Numbered from the stretch's first letter, positions 35,890 to 45,139 are shown. The stretch: 64,000 nt of DNA from a virus (IMGVR_UViG_2802429733_000002:26091-90090), one strand, 5' to 3'. Notes: generated by a model from the letters alone, not told the origin. Numbers and translations: made by a program.

Positions 35890-37395
35890 TCATAGCGAAT
35901 CGGGAAACTGAGTTGACGCGCTGGCGTCGATCGAAGCCAGCAGAGCACTCCTTCTCGCCTGGGTCTCGCGGTAGTCCTGTGCTTCGACATCTCGATGAAA
36001 AGTGGCGCTGGGCGCTAGGCGCTTGAGAGCAGCCTCGACCTCATCGATGCTGGCGCGGAAGAACTCCTTTCGATAGTTCATCGCATTGATGCGCGTCGCA
36101 TCGAACTCGGCATGGAGCGCCCTCTCGAGGGTTGGCGCGTCGTCGCTATAGATCATAGCGTGGGTGTCGAAAATGAACGGCACGCTCGCATCCCCGAGTT
36201 CTCGCACCCGGTCTAGCGGATCAAGTCGCCGCGTGAGACCAATCTTCACAACGCCGTCGCCGAATGATCCCACGTTGGAAATCACATAGACCCATCCAGA
36301 CCGAGTCTTCTCCGCCATCGCCTGCGCGCGAGCCAGTTTGGAATGCGCGGCGGCAAGGTCTCGTTCCAAGATTGCGATCTGCTCGTTGAACGCCGCAAGG
36401 TGAGGGCCAGCGATGCTGTTCGCTTCCGCCTTGGCCTTGTCGAGAAGGCGCTGGTATCTCGCCTCTTCCTCCTCGGCGGCCTCTAGGTCGCGAAGCAGCT
36501 TCTGCTCTTCACGTGCTAGGCGGGCCTGCTCTGCGCGTTCCTCACGCTCAGCTCTTTGCTTCTCCCGCATTTCGTGCGTCAAGTATAGCTCACGTAGTTT
36601 CAGTTCCGCGTACTCTCGGCTGATCACCACCTGTTGCGACTCGTTCATTATGTCGATCTTGTTCTTGGCGGCCAGAATTCGGCTCTCCATTGCATTCACG
36701 TTGTTCCATCGCACATTTGCCACTGCAGCGTCGGCCTCGCCGTTGAACGCTCGCAGTGTAAGGCGGATCGTCCGGTTTATGAGTGTTTGGCCCTTCGCCA
36801 AGCTGCCGTCGACATAAATCTTCGCTTTGGAAACGACGGCGGTCTTCTCGTTCGCCATCATTTTCTGATGGGCGCGCGCAACGGACACCTCTTTCTTGTA
36901 CGCTTCGCTGTCCTCGAATTCAAAATGCGGCTCGTAGACACCAAGCTCAGCGAACGCGAGTCGCTCGTCATAAATGGCGACCTCGGCAACCAAGCTGTCG
37001 AACGTTGTCTTCTTCTCAGAGTATGCGCTCTTCAGCGATTCGATCTGCTTGAGGCGCGTAATTATCTCTGATCGCAGATTGGCAAGCTCATCCTCAATGG
37101 AATAGATCGGTTCAAGTTTTTCCTCCAATTCGACATTTCTTCGCTCAACCTCTGCAAGTGCCTTCAGCAGATCTGACTTCTGGGTATCCAGATCGGATGC
37201 TGAAGTAGCGCGTTGCTCGTCGAGCTCTCGGCTGTGCAGAGCGGCTTCGAATGCCCTGAGCTGTCGCTCCTCCGCAAGCTTCCGACGGACGTGGATCAGG
37301 AACAGCACGAGCGCCACGCACGCGCAGATCAAAGATGCCGCCCCCGCGATAGCGATTATGACCAGACTCTCCAAGGCACCCTCCCGCACGTGCAC
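35890..37395 (-). CDS. TM + coiled coil + DUF4041 + GIY-YIG (T5orf172-like) protein, SNIPE/PD-lambda-1-like anti-phage nuclease; likely start TTG 37374
   Basis: N-terminal TM; LRAFNGEADAAVANVRWNN (DUF4041); GWVYVISNVGSFG..VKIGLTRRLDPLDRVRELGDASVPFIFDTHA..RKEFF. Confidence 0.88.
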   Translation of the reverse strand: MHVREGALESLVIIAIAGAASLICACVALVLFLIHVRRKLAEERQLRAFEAALHSRELDEQRATSASDLDTQKSDLLKALAEVERRNVELEEKLEPIYSIEDELANLRSEIITRLKQIESLKSAYSEKKTTFDSLVAEVAIYDERLAFAELGVYEPHFEFEDSEAYKKEVSVARAHQKMMANEKTAVVSKAKIYVDGSLAKGQTLINRTIRLTLRAFNGEADAAVANVRWNNVNAMESRILAAKNKIDIMNESQQVVISREYAELKLRELYLTHEMREKQRAEREERAEQARLAREEQKLLRDLEAAEEEEARYQRLLDKAKAEANSIAGPHLAAFNEQIAILERDLAAAHSKLARAQAMAEKTRSGWVYVISNVGSFGDGVVKIGLTRRLDPLDRVRELGDASVPFIFDTHAMIYSDDAPTLERALHAEFDATRINAMNYRKEFFRASIDEVEAALKRLAPSATFHRDVEAQDYRETQARRSALLASIDASASTQFPDSL

Positions 37396-37501
37396 AGTCA
37401 GTTCGGTAAAGCGGAGCTGTCAATCGCAGCCTTGGGTAAATCTGCCGCTATCAGGCGGCCTTCTCCGTTTTCGTGAGTTCGGTGCTGCCGCCGTCGCGCT
37501 T

Positions 37502-38683
37502 TCAGCGAATGGTGGGATAGTGGCCGAGAGCGCGTTCGTCATGCTCGACGTCAGCGATCGACCGGCTGACAAACCGACGCGCGAGCAGGCCGGGAATGCC
37601 TGGGCTCAACTCCACCCCGGCGAGAACTAGACCCTGCACGCAGCCTCCATCTCGGGTCGGCATATCGACCACCTTCACAACCGAGTAGAACGCGCCCTTC
37701 ACTAGCGGGGGGGTGGCTGAGGCAGCTTGGGGATCGACGCATTTCACGCGCTGGCCTTTGTAGAATACCGGCTTGCCCTTCGCCTTCCTGGGCCGCTTGA
37801 TCCCAAGTATGTCGCAGACGTCGTCGAGGGCGGCGGCGAAGTACCGTCCGGCCTGTCCTTCAGTGCAGCCGATCTCCCGTCCGATGAAGTCGAAGCGCTT
37901 GTCCTCGATGATGACCGCCTCGAGGAGCCTGACGACGCAATCGGGGAGCTCGCGCTCCAACTTCGAATACGCCATGCTGCTCACGGCGCGATCGTAGGCG
38001 CGCCCCGTCGAGGCCGAGTGATCGACCTTCATGCCGATGTCCGGGCTCTTCAAGCCGTGCTCGGACCGCGAGGCATGGTATAGATCGTCGAAGGCCTTGG
38101 CCGCCTTCTCGCGCCACAGCGACCGCTGCGACGGGAGATGCGTCATCTCATGGTGCTTCCGCCGGACAGTCGAGATTCCCTTCTGGATCCGAGTGTTGTC
38201 GAGGACATCGAAGGTGCGTGCGCCGCCTGCGGTGCGGAGGTCGGTCTGGATGTAGTCGAGGCCTTTGTAGCGGTTGCGTTGCGCCGTCTGCTCGCGCTCG
38301 GCCCGAACTTGCGCGCGCTTTTCGGCCCGCTTCGCTTCAGCGCTCTGAAACGGCTTCGGCGCCAGCGCGGCGAGGCGGGCGGCCACCTCGGCATCCGCCC
38401 GATCTGCGGGGGCGGAGAGTGCGTTCGCCTGGCCTAGGTACTTCTTCGCGGCCTTCCGGGTCCGTGCCAGTGCCGCGACGACTTTCGCGTTGTCCTGGCC
38501 GGCCTCGGCGAGCGCCCGCGCCTCTACATCGAGATCGGCCGCCATGGCAGTGTAGAGGCCGGCGAGCCGGACGGCCTCGTCATGCTTGCGGCGGGCGGTG
38601 GTTTTCCAGGCCTTCGGCTTGGCGGGGTCGCGCTTCTCCCGCGCGGTCGGACGCACGGCACGTTCGGGGACGGCGGTCTTCAT
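37502..38683 (-). CDS. Late transcription regulator (Q-position, DUF6456-like) with extra C-terminal domain
   Basis: LKSPDIGMKVDHS..LLEAVIIEDKRFDFIGREIG..AALDDV HTH; last gene of the replication operon. Confidence 0.65.
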   Translation of the reverse strand: MKTAVPERAVRPTAREKRDPAKPKAWKTTARRKHDEAVRLAGLYTAMAADLDVEARALAEAGQDNAKVVAALARTRKAAKKYLGQANALSAPADRADAEVAARLAALAPKPFQSAEAKRAEKRAQVRAEREQTAQRNRYKGLDYIQTDLRTAGGARTFDVLDNTRIQKGISTVRRKHHEMTHLPSQRSLWREKAAKAFDDLYHASRSEHGLKSPDIGMKVDHSASTGRAYDRAVSSMAYSKLERELPDCVVRLLEAVIIEDKRFDFIGREIGCTEGQAGRYFAAALDDVCDILGIKRPRKAKGKPVFYKGQRVKCVDPQAASATPPLVKGAFYSVVKVVDMPTRDGGCVQGLVLAGVELSPGIPGLLARRFVSRSIADVEHDERALGHYPTIR

Positions 38684-38973
38684 GCGGCGTCACGCTCCTC
38701 ATCGGGTCGTTGAGCAAGCTCGCGGCGGATCGCGGCGGCTTCCTCCTTCAGGGGGTGGATTCGCGCGTTGCAGTCGTCGAGCTGGGCGTAGAGCGGGATA
38801 CGGGCTGCCTTCGCATCGGCGGTCAGGTTCGGCGCGGGCAAATCCGGATGCGTCTGCCGGATGGCCTCGACGATCTCCTGCTGCTCGCGCCGGAGGGCCG
38901 ACAGAGACCAGCCGATCTCTTCGAGACGCTCCTTCAGCGCCAGCGCGTTGAGGCGTTCGAGAGGGACGATCAT
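38680..38973 (-). CDS. Hypothetical coiled-coil protein
   Basis: ATGA-coupled on both sides. Confidence 0.65.
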   Translation of the reverse strand: MIVPLERLNALALKERLEEIGWSLSALRREQQEIVEAIRQTHPDLPAPNLTADAKAARIPLYAQLDDCNARIHPLKEEAAAIRRELAQRPDEERDAA

Positions 38974-40535
38974 CGTCGCCTCCACAGGTCGTCGCCGTCG
39001 TCTCCGTCGTCTCCGCCGATCTCTGGATCCGGCGAGGTGAAAAGCCTGGTCCTGAGATCGAACTTCAGCGGGATCTCGCCTGGGCGGCCGGTCTCGGGCT
39101 GATAGCGGATTTTCTTGACCAGGATCGTCGAGGTGCCCTCCTCCCGTCCTTTCACGAGGATCAGACCCTGGTCAGCCTTGTTGGCGAAATGCGCGGAATC
39201 GGCGACGTCGTAGAGAGACAGGTCCTTGTCGCTCTTGAAGGTGGCGCCCTTCGAAGGATGGGCGACGATGATGACGAGGACGTCGAACCGGCGGGCGAAG
39301 GTCTTAAGGCGCCGTAGGGCTCGGCCGACGTACTCGGTGTGGGTCTCATCGGCCTTGCGGGCGTGGTCGACCTCGTTCCACGGGTCGAGCAGGAGCACGC
39401 GGGCGCCATGTCGGATGACGGCCGCCTCGGCCTTCTCGATCAACCAGTCGAGGTTCGTGTCATCGTCCGATTCCGGATCGGGCGCGATGAAGGTGAAGTG
39501 CTGCTCGACCCATGCGCGGCCGCGGGCCTTCTCCTCGTTGCTCCACGGCCGCGGGCGCTGGAGGTAGCCGGCGATCAGTGCGTCCCGGATGAATGGATTC
39601 ACGCGCATCTCGAATGAGGCGATGGCGGCGTTCCAGCGATGCTGGCTCGCGAGCTGGGCGACCATCTGCGTCGCGAAGGAAGTCTTCCCCGCGTTGGCGA
39701 AGCCGGTGATCACCATGAGGGACGGGTGATAGACGAGGACGTGAGCGTCGAGCTCGGGCCAGCCGGTAGAGACCGGGCGGAGCTCCGGCTCCGGCGGAAA
39801 CTCCGACAGCGTGTAGAGCCCGCGAACCGGATACGGCCTCGCTTGGCTGATGAGGTTGATCACGTGGCCGGGCCCGTGATGCAGCAGGACGTCGTTCAGG
39901 TCCTTGCAGCCCTCCGGATAGGCGACGAACGAGCACCGGACTCGGCCGAGGCGGCGAACCAGCTCGGCGGCGAGGCGCGTGCCGGGCTCGTCGTTGTCGA
40001 CCGCGATGACGATCCGCTTCACCCGCTGGAGCCTGTCCCAGTTGTTGAACACGAAGGCGAACTTGTCGTCGTTCTCGGGGTCGACGTCGTCGGCGTTCTC
40101 AGGGACCGCGATGAGGCGGCCATTTTTGTCTCGGGCCGGCGGCGCGCCATCGGGAACCGAGACGGCGAAGGGATATCCGGCCTCGATCACGGAGAGCGCG
40201 TCCATCTCGCCTTCGGTGATGACGAGCGCCGCAGTCGATGCCGCGAGCGCCGGGTCGTCGAGGATGTCCGAGTTGTAGAACGTCTTGCGGGGCTTCGGCC
40301 GCTGGTAGAACTTCTTGCCGGGCGCTCGGTACTTTTCGGCGACGACCTCACCTCGTTCGAAGAACGGGAAGGCGATGATGTTGCCATTGGGGTCAGGCTC
40401 GGTTGCGAAGCTCTGATCATCGCCATCGCGACGACGACGAGCGCTGTAGATCCCGGTACGAGTGACTGTCTCGGGTCCGATGCCCCTCTTTTCGAAGAAC
40501 TCGAAGACCTTCGGGTTTACCGCCTCGGTCGTCAT
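38970..40535 (-). CDS. Primase-helicase (TOPRIM + SF4 helicase; T7 gp4/Twinkle-like) lacking its Zn-binding domain
   Basis: LVITEGEMDALS, IAVDNDEPG, GCKDLND; Walker A GFANAGKTS, LLLDPWN, IIVAHP; own ATG 40535 with GGAG SD. Confidence 0.9.
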   Translation of the reverse strand: MTTEAVNPKVFEFFEKRGIGPETVTRTGIYSARRRRDGDDQSFATEPDPNGNIIAFPFFERGEVVAEKYRAPGKKFYQRPKPRKTFYNSDILDDPALAASTAALVITEGEMDALSVIEAGYPFAVSVPDGAPPARDKNGRLIAVPENADDVDPENDDKFAFVFNNWDRLQRVKRIVIAVDNDEPGTRLAAELVRRLGRVRCSFVAYPEGCKDLNDVLLHHGPGHVINLISQARPYPVRGLYTLSEFPPEPELRPVSTGWPELDAHVLVYHPSLMVITGFANAGKTSFATQMVAQLASQHRWNAAIASFEMRVNPFIRDALIAGYLQRPRPWSNEEKARGRAWVEQHFTFIAPDPESDDDTNLDWLIEKAEAAVIRHGARVLLLDPWNEVDHARKADETHTEYVGRALRRLKTFARRFDVLVIIVAHPSKGATFKSDKDLSLYDVADSAHFANKADQGLILVKGREEGTSTILVKKIRYQPETGRPGEIPLKFDLRTRLFTSPDPEIGGDDGDDGDDLWRRR

Positions 40536-40737
40536 AGAATGCTCCGCCTCGCCATTCGCAGTTGTGACAATAAAACTGGATGCCTTCACTATCGATTTTT
40601 ACCGACAGACACTTCTTTTTGCGGTTCGCCGGCTTCCTGCCCGCCGAACATTGCGGGCAGAGAGCCAAGTTGTTGCCGGCCTGCTCTCGCCGGAGATCTA
40701 TCCGGAAGCGATCGAGAAGTTCTCGGGCGGTCGGCAT
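40417..40737 (-). CDS. Stand-alone primase Zn-binding domain
   Basis: LCPQCS..CLSVKID..FYCHNCEWRGG; different frame from the primase-helicase. Confidence 0.8.
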   Translation of the reverse strand: MPTARELLDRFRIDLRREQAGNNLALCPQCSAGRKPANRKKKCLSVKIDSEGIQFYCHNCEWRGGAFYDDRGGKPEGLRVLRKEGHRTRDSHSYRDLQRSSSSRWR

Positions 40738-40740
40738 GGG

Positions 40741-41673
40741 TCACACTCGGAAGGCTTCGCCGGAGGGCGATGACCGTCCAGACGGAATGGGACCCCGCCC
40801 CCAGCCGGCGAGGTAGTTCCGCATCCACCGGCGCCACACCGCGTCGTGATCTGCCCAGACGTTCCCCTTGCTGGCGTGGTGGTCGATCATCGCCTCGGTC
40901 TGGGCCTCGACTTCCAAGCGCTTCAGCGTGACGCCCCTCTTGCGGGCCTCCTCGCGGAGCCAGGCCACGAGCTTCTCGGTCGGCTGCCAGTGCGCAGGGA
41001 TGGCCGATCTCGGCTTCGCCCTGGCTCTCGCCGGTAATCGCGGTTCGATAGCCCCGAGCATGTCCCGGCTTGCCCCCTGGGGGGCTAGGGGGGATTCTCT
41101 TTCTCTCTGTCCCTCTCCCTCTCCCTCTCCCTTGGAAGCCTTGTCCCCGGTACTGTCCTGGGGACGTCTGTTTGTGTCCCCAGGGACAGGGAGCGCTTGT
41201 CCCGAGGGACAACCCGAAGACACCCAATCCTCAAGGCTGGGAATTTCGAGGGACATCGTGTGCCGCTGATTGTGCTTCTTTATCCGCGCGCACTCGGTCA
41301 TCCAGCGCTGGCGGATGCGACCTTCCCAAGCGGCGTTCGCCTTTTCGGCGACTACCGGATGGTAGAGCCGGCCGTCGTCGCACTCGACCCAGTTGCGGAG
41401 CGCGCCCTCGCGAACGGCTTTCCACTCTCTCGCGATTTTGCCACGGTGCGCGTAGCCGGCGGTCTTCGCGATCCAGCGGTCGTCATTCGGGATCGAACCG
41501 GCGGGCACTTGGTGCCATGACGCGGCCCACAACAGAACCGCGGCCCAACAGGCCTCGGGCGTCTCATTCGCCGCGAGATCGCTATCGCGAAGCCGCGCGA
41601 CGTCGAGCGGCATGAACGCGAAGTCGCGAAGGTCGCAGTCGGCCGGAACGAGGGGCGCGGGGCGGGATGTCAT
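40741..41673 (-). CDS. Replication initiator, DUF1376 (YdaU-like) family
   Basis: FAFMPLDVARL..LWAASWHQVPAGSIPNDD..RLYHPVVAEKA; low-complexity linker; C-terminal helical domain. Confidence 0.8.
   Translation of the reverse strand: MTSRPAPLVPADCDLRDFAFMPLDVARLRDSDLAANETPEACWAAVLLWAASWHQVPAGSIPNDDRWIAKTAGYAHRGKIAREWKAVREGALRNWVECDDGRLYHPVVAEKANAAWEGRIRQRWMTECARIKKHNQRHTMSLEIPSLEDWVSSGCPSGQALPVPGDTNRRPQDSTGDKASKGEGEGEGQRERESPLAPQGASRDMLGAIEPRLPARARAKPRSAIPAHWQPTEKLVAWLREEARKRGVTLKRLEVEAQTEAMIDHHASKGNVWADHDAVWRRWMRNYLAGWGRGPIPSGRSSPSGEAFRV
41142..41256. repeat. Palindromic iterons TGTCCC-N2-GGGACA (putative replication origin)
   Basis: Perfect copies at 41175-41188 and 41198-41211, degenerate copies near 41142, 41154 and 41250, inside the initiator gene. 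Confidence 0.65.
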
Positions 41674-41990
41674 GCAAGGTCCCCGATCTGCGCGACCATG
41701 GCGTCGACGACGGCTCCAGCCGGGCTGGCGGGCATGCCGTCAGCTTCCCGAGTGAGGGCCCCGGCGATCGTGCCGATGTCGCAGCCGTGCTGCAGGAGGA
41801 GGCTGACGAGGATCGCGGAGTCGCGGACGCTCGCCATCAATGGGGTGCCGATCTTGCGATGCGCCGAGACGAAGACCTCGGCGGCCTCGCCGGGTTCGGG
41901 CATTCCGATCATCACGTTCAGATCGAAGCCGCCATGCTCGAGGTCGAAGCGAAGGCCGGGACGACGGTCAGGGAGGACGCGCCGGGTCAT
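41670..41990 (-). CDS. TSCPD/NrdJ-C-terminal-like small protein
   Basis: AEVFVS..DSAILVSLLLQHG..IAGAL..SPAGAVVDA. Confidence 0.6.
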   Translation of the reverse strand: MTRRVLPDRRPGLRFDLEHGGFDLNVMIGMPEPGEAAEVFVSAHRKIGTPLMASVRDSAILVSLLLQHGCDIGTIAGALTREADGMPASPAGAVVDAMVAQIGDLA

Positions 41991-42586
41991 GCCGCCACCT
42001 CATCGAGCTTCGTGGCCTCGTCGCCCCAGCCAGCCCATCCGGGTCGGGTCTCGCGGGTGAAGACGTCGGCGCGGCGCCGGAGCCCTGGGCAGCGCGCGTC
42101 GACATGGCGATAGAACTCGTCGGGCTTCCGACTGTGCTCGCGGCGGACGCCGGAGATATCGCCATCGAAGGGCTGATGCCGAGGCTCGCCGATCGTGGCG
42201 ATGATGACGGGCTCGATCTCACCGCGAACCCGATAGCCGGGCCCCACCGCGCGCTTGCCGCTCGGGAAGACCTTTCGCCAGAACGTGAGGGTCTTGAAGA
42301 CGAAGCCCATTCGCCGCACGACGGCGATCTGGCGATCGATTAGAGGCGCGGTCGCGAAGGCAAGGAGCAGCGCCGACGGCTCGGCGAGTTCCTGCACAGG
42401 GAAGCGCCAAGCCATCTCCTCGGGCGGGTAGCACCGGTAATGTGCCTGCGCACTCTTCTTCTCGCCGCGCGGACTCCGGAGATCGAACCGCCACGGGAAG
42501 TCTACGACGATCAGGTTGAAGGCATGCGGCTGCAGGTCTCCGAAAGGCCAGGGCGCGAGCGGCGAGAAGAGGGTCTGAGCGTTCAT
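41987..42586 (-). CDS. MT-A70 family adenine methyltransferase
   Basis: IVVDFPW, AQAHY, GPGYRVRGEIE, RREHSRKPDEF, ADVFTRETRPGW..WGDE. Confidence 0.88.
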   Translation of the reverse strand: MNAQTLFSPLAPWPFGDLQPHAFNLIVVDFPWRFDLRSPRGEKKSAQAHYRCYPPEEMAWRFPVQELAEPSALLLAFATAPLIDRQIAVVRRMGFVFKTLTFWRKVFPSGKRAVGPGYRVRGEIEPVIIATIGEPRHQPFDGDISGVRREHSRKPDEFYRHVDARCPGLRRRADVFTRETRPGWAGWGDEATKLDEVAA

Positions 42587-43071
42587 GACGCCTCCGCCAG
42601 TTCGAAGAAATAAGCCCCGGACCGGCGGCCGAATGAAATGCCGATACAAGCCAGCTGGCGGCGCCATTCAGGCTCGCAAGTCACCAGCCGGTCAGGCGTC
42701 ATCACGCCGACGGTCAGCGCCTGCATATCCGCGCCAGACCCAGATGCGATCCTCTTGAGGACCTGGATCAGGCCGTGCTCTGCAAGCCATGTCCCGCCCG
42801 GCCCGCGGATGTAATTGCGTTCTCCGTCGAGCTCGATCCCAGGTGCAACGACCCGCTGCGGGCGTTTCGCCGGCCGCTCTCGCTCTGGGCGGCCACGGCG
42901 GCGATCTCCTTGAGTGGCGCGAGGATCATTTTCCGCCCGAGCCATCGACAACACAACCTTGACCGAGCCCGGGGAGGCGCTCGTGTACTCGGCTATCCTG
43001 TCATGCGGCATGTCCGTGACCGCGTAGAGGTCCAGGATTCGGTTTCGCCGCGAAACATCCCTGTGTTTCAT
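42583..43071 (-). CDS. HTH-containing hypothetical protein
   Basis: ILDLYA..HDRIAEYTSASPGSVKVVLS; start ATG 43071, coupled. Confidence 0.6.
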   Translation of the reverse strand: MKHRDVSRRNRILDLYAVTDMPHDRIAEYTSASPGSVKVVLSMARAENDPRATQGDRRRGRPERERPAKRPQRVVAPGIELDGERNYIRGPGGTWLAEHGLIQVLKRIASGSGADMQALTVGVMTPDRLVTCEPEWRRQLACIGISFGRRSGAYFFELAEAS

Positions 43072-43349
43072 GCCGCGGCCTTTCGCTTCTGCACGCGGGC
43101 CATGAGCCGCGCGAACTCGTTGTCGGTAAGGGAGCCGACGATGTCGCCGGCGATGCTGTGGCAGGTCGCGTCCATGAGACGGCCGTCGTCGGCACCGTCC
43201 CCCATGCTGCGGCCGCGGCGATCGGCGTCCCGGATTTCCTCGCGAGCAAAGATCCGGGCGGCCCGCGCCTTCAGGACTTTCGCGATGTGATGCTGGTCCG
43301 GTCTCGTGACAGAGGCCCTGCCGCAACCAATGTCGAGGAGGCCCGTCAT
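43068..43349 (-). CDS. Hypothetical protein
   Basis: ATGA-coupled 93-aa ORF. Confidence 0.55.
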   Translation of the reverse strand: MTGLLDIGCGRASVTRPDQHHIAKVLKARAARIFAREEIRDADRRGRSMGDGADDGRLMDATCHSIAGDIVGSLTDNEFARLMARVQKRKAAA

Positions 43350-43960
43350 GCCGCGCCCCGCAGAGCGAGTTCGGGATTCAGCCAGTGCGGACGAACGTCC
43401 TGGGCCACCGCGGGAGCCCATTGCGAGCAGGCGAACCACCACAGCGCGGCCGCGTCGGCGGCATCAAGGTTGGGAGGGTTCCAGCCGAGCGCCTGGCAGA
43501 TGCGCCGCGCCTCGCGCTTCTCGTAATCCTTCGGGCAGTGTTTCGGGGCCCTGCCGAAGCCCATGAATGCCTTGCGGACGGTCGTGACGGCGTGTCGCCG
43601 GACCATCGCTCCCCTGCGGCGGGCGAACCCACCGATGCAGGCCCAAAGCCCCTTGGTGATCAGGAGAGCGTCCGCGTTCGTCGTCTCGCCGGAGAACGAC
43701 ATGATTGGGGCCTCGATCACGACGCGGATCATGCCTTCTTCGATCGCCTCGCCCCGGCCGTAGAACTTGCCGCCGATGAAGCGCTCGGTGACGAGACGTT
43801 CCGCGATCCAGCCGATCGCGCGACCGAACGACTCCTCGTACTCGTCGGTGGGCTTACGGAAGCGCTCTGCGGAGAGCTGAGGGGTTTCCCCCGGCTTGCC
43901 CTCCGCGATGCCGCTCACCGAAGCGAGGTCCAGGGCGATGATGACGCCTTCGTAGGCCAC
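43346..43960 (-). CDS. RuvC-like Holliday junction resolvase
   Basis: IIALDLASVSGIA, VVIEAP, NLDAADAAALW acidic triad. Confidence 0.75.
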   Translation of the reverse strand: MAYEGVIIALDLASVSGIAEGKPGETPQLSAERFRKPTDEYEESFGRAIGWIAERLVTERFIGGKFYGRGEAIEEGMIRVVIEAPIMSFSGETTNADALLITKGLWACIGGFARRRGAMVRRHAVTTVRKAFMGFGRAPKHCPKDYEKREARRICQALGWNPPNLDAADAAALWWFACSQWAPAVAQDVRPHWLNPELALRGAA

Positions 43961-43975
43961 GATCCGCCGCTCCGC

Positions 43976-44674
43976 TCAGTGAATCGCGCCGGCGACCGCG
44001 TCGAGGGCATCGCGGTCCTGATCGGCCTGCCGGAGGTGACGGGGTCGAAGGTCTTCCTCGTCGGCATCGCCGACCGGCGCCGGCGGAGGAGCGGACGCCT
44101 TCTTGCCGGCCCGCTTGGACTCGGCCGTAGCCTTCGCCTCCTCGAGCCGCTTCTGGGCTTCGTCCAGCGGAAGGCCGGCCCTCGGCTCGCTCGGTGCAGC
44201 CGGCGGCTCCTTGGCCTTGGCGGCCTGAGGCTGGACGTCCTTCTGACGCTGGCCGGACGTGGTGTTGTCGAAGACGGCGCCGGGGGCCTCGGTCTCGCCC
44301 TGGCCGGGCTCGCCCGCGAACATTGAGAGCTGGAACGGGCGGTTGATGTCTTCGAGCAGGATCTGCACCTGCTGAACCGTCGCTTCGTAGACGCCGTCGC
44401 GGCACTTCGCGAGGATGCCGCGGATCTTGATGGCCTCCTTCGTCAGGCCGAAGACCTCGTGCATCCGCTTGATCTGGGCGGAATAGCTGCCCGCGGCCGA
44501 CTGCTGCTCGGTCTTGATCCGCGCCGCCTCGTCGAAGAGTTCGATGCGCTTCTCGCGATCGGCCGGCATCTTCGCGAGCGCGTTCTCGGCGACGTAGGCT
44601 GCCTTCTGAGCGGCCTTGTCCTCCTTGCGGCGGGCTTTCTCGTCCTCGGACAGTTTCGGGCGGCCACGGGCCAT
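43976..44674 (-). CDS. DNA-binding protein, GapR/DUF2312-like N-terminus
   Basis: IELFDEAARIKTE..SAQIKRMHEVFGLTKEAIK pattern. Confidence 0.5.
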   Translation of the reverse strand: MARGRPKLSEDEKARRKEDKAAQKAAYVAENALAKMPADREKRIELFDEAARIKTEQQSAAGSYSAQIKRMHEVFGLTKEAIKIRGILAKCRDGVYEATVQQVQILLEDINRPFQLSMFAGEPGQGETEAPGAVFDNTTSGQRQKDVQPQAAKAKEPPAAPSEPRAGLPLDEAQKRLEEAKATAESKRAGKKASAPPPAPVGDADEEDLRPRHLRQADQDRDALDAVAGAIH

Positions 44675-44701
44675 GATGCTCTCCTTCAGTGGTGAGGGTT
44701 G

Positions 44702-45139
44702 TCAGCCGGGTGGTCCGCCGCCAGTTCGGGGGCGATCTCCAAGGCCAAGGCGGCGCACGAGGTCGCGCGCCGCAGCAAGGTCCTCCCGCGCCAGATGCGG
44801 ATGGGGCTGGGCATCGCTCGCCAGAACGCGAGAGAGCACCGCTGCCAGAGCGGCAGCTTCGGCACGTCCGGCCGTGATTGCATGGGAGGGCTCCTGGGCT
44901 GCCGTGGCCCGGAGGCGATCCATCTCCTCAGATCGGATCGCCCGTGCTTCTTCGTTCCAGATGGCGCGGACACGGCGGTCGCCGAGCCCAGTCTTGCGGG
45001 CGACGCGGGCGAGAACCGCCTTCACGCTGTCGCCGAGGTTCAAGGGGCCGGCGATGATCCGGATCAGCTCTCGAGCTTCCTCGGCCGCGCTCGTCCACGC
45101 CTTGGGTGAAAATCCCAAGCTCTCGGGTGACCTTTCCAT
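44702..45139 (-). CDS. CII-position transcriptional regulator
   Basis: GDSVKAVLARVARKTGLGDRRVRAIWNEEA HTH. Confidence 0.6.
   Translation of the reverse strand: MERSPESLGFSPKAWTSAAEEARELIRIIAGPLNLGDSVKAVLARVARKTGLGDRRVRAIWNEEARAIRSEEMDRLRATAAQEPSHAITAGRAEAAALAAVLSRVLASDAQPHPHLAREDLAAARDLVRRLGLGDRPRTGGGPPG

Noticed and set aside
34536-37395. Calling SNIPE-like, TM and TIR genes a single three-gene system
   Set aside because: A ~250-bp gap containing a LexA box separates them, and each unit has its own regulatory signal; treated as two independent cassettes
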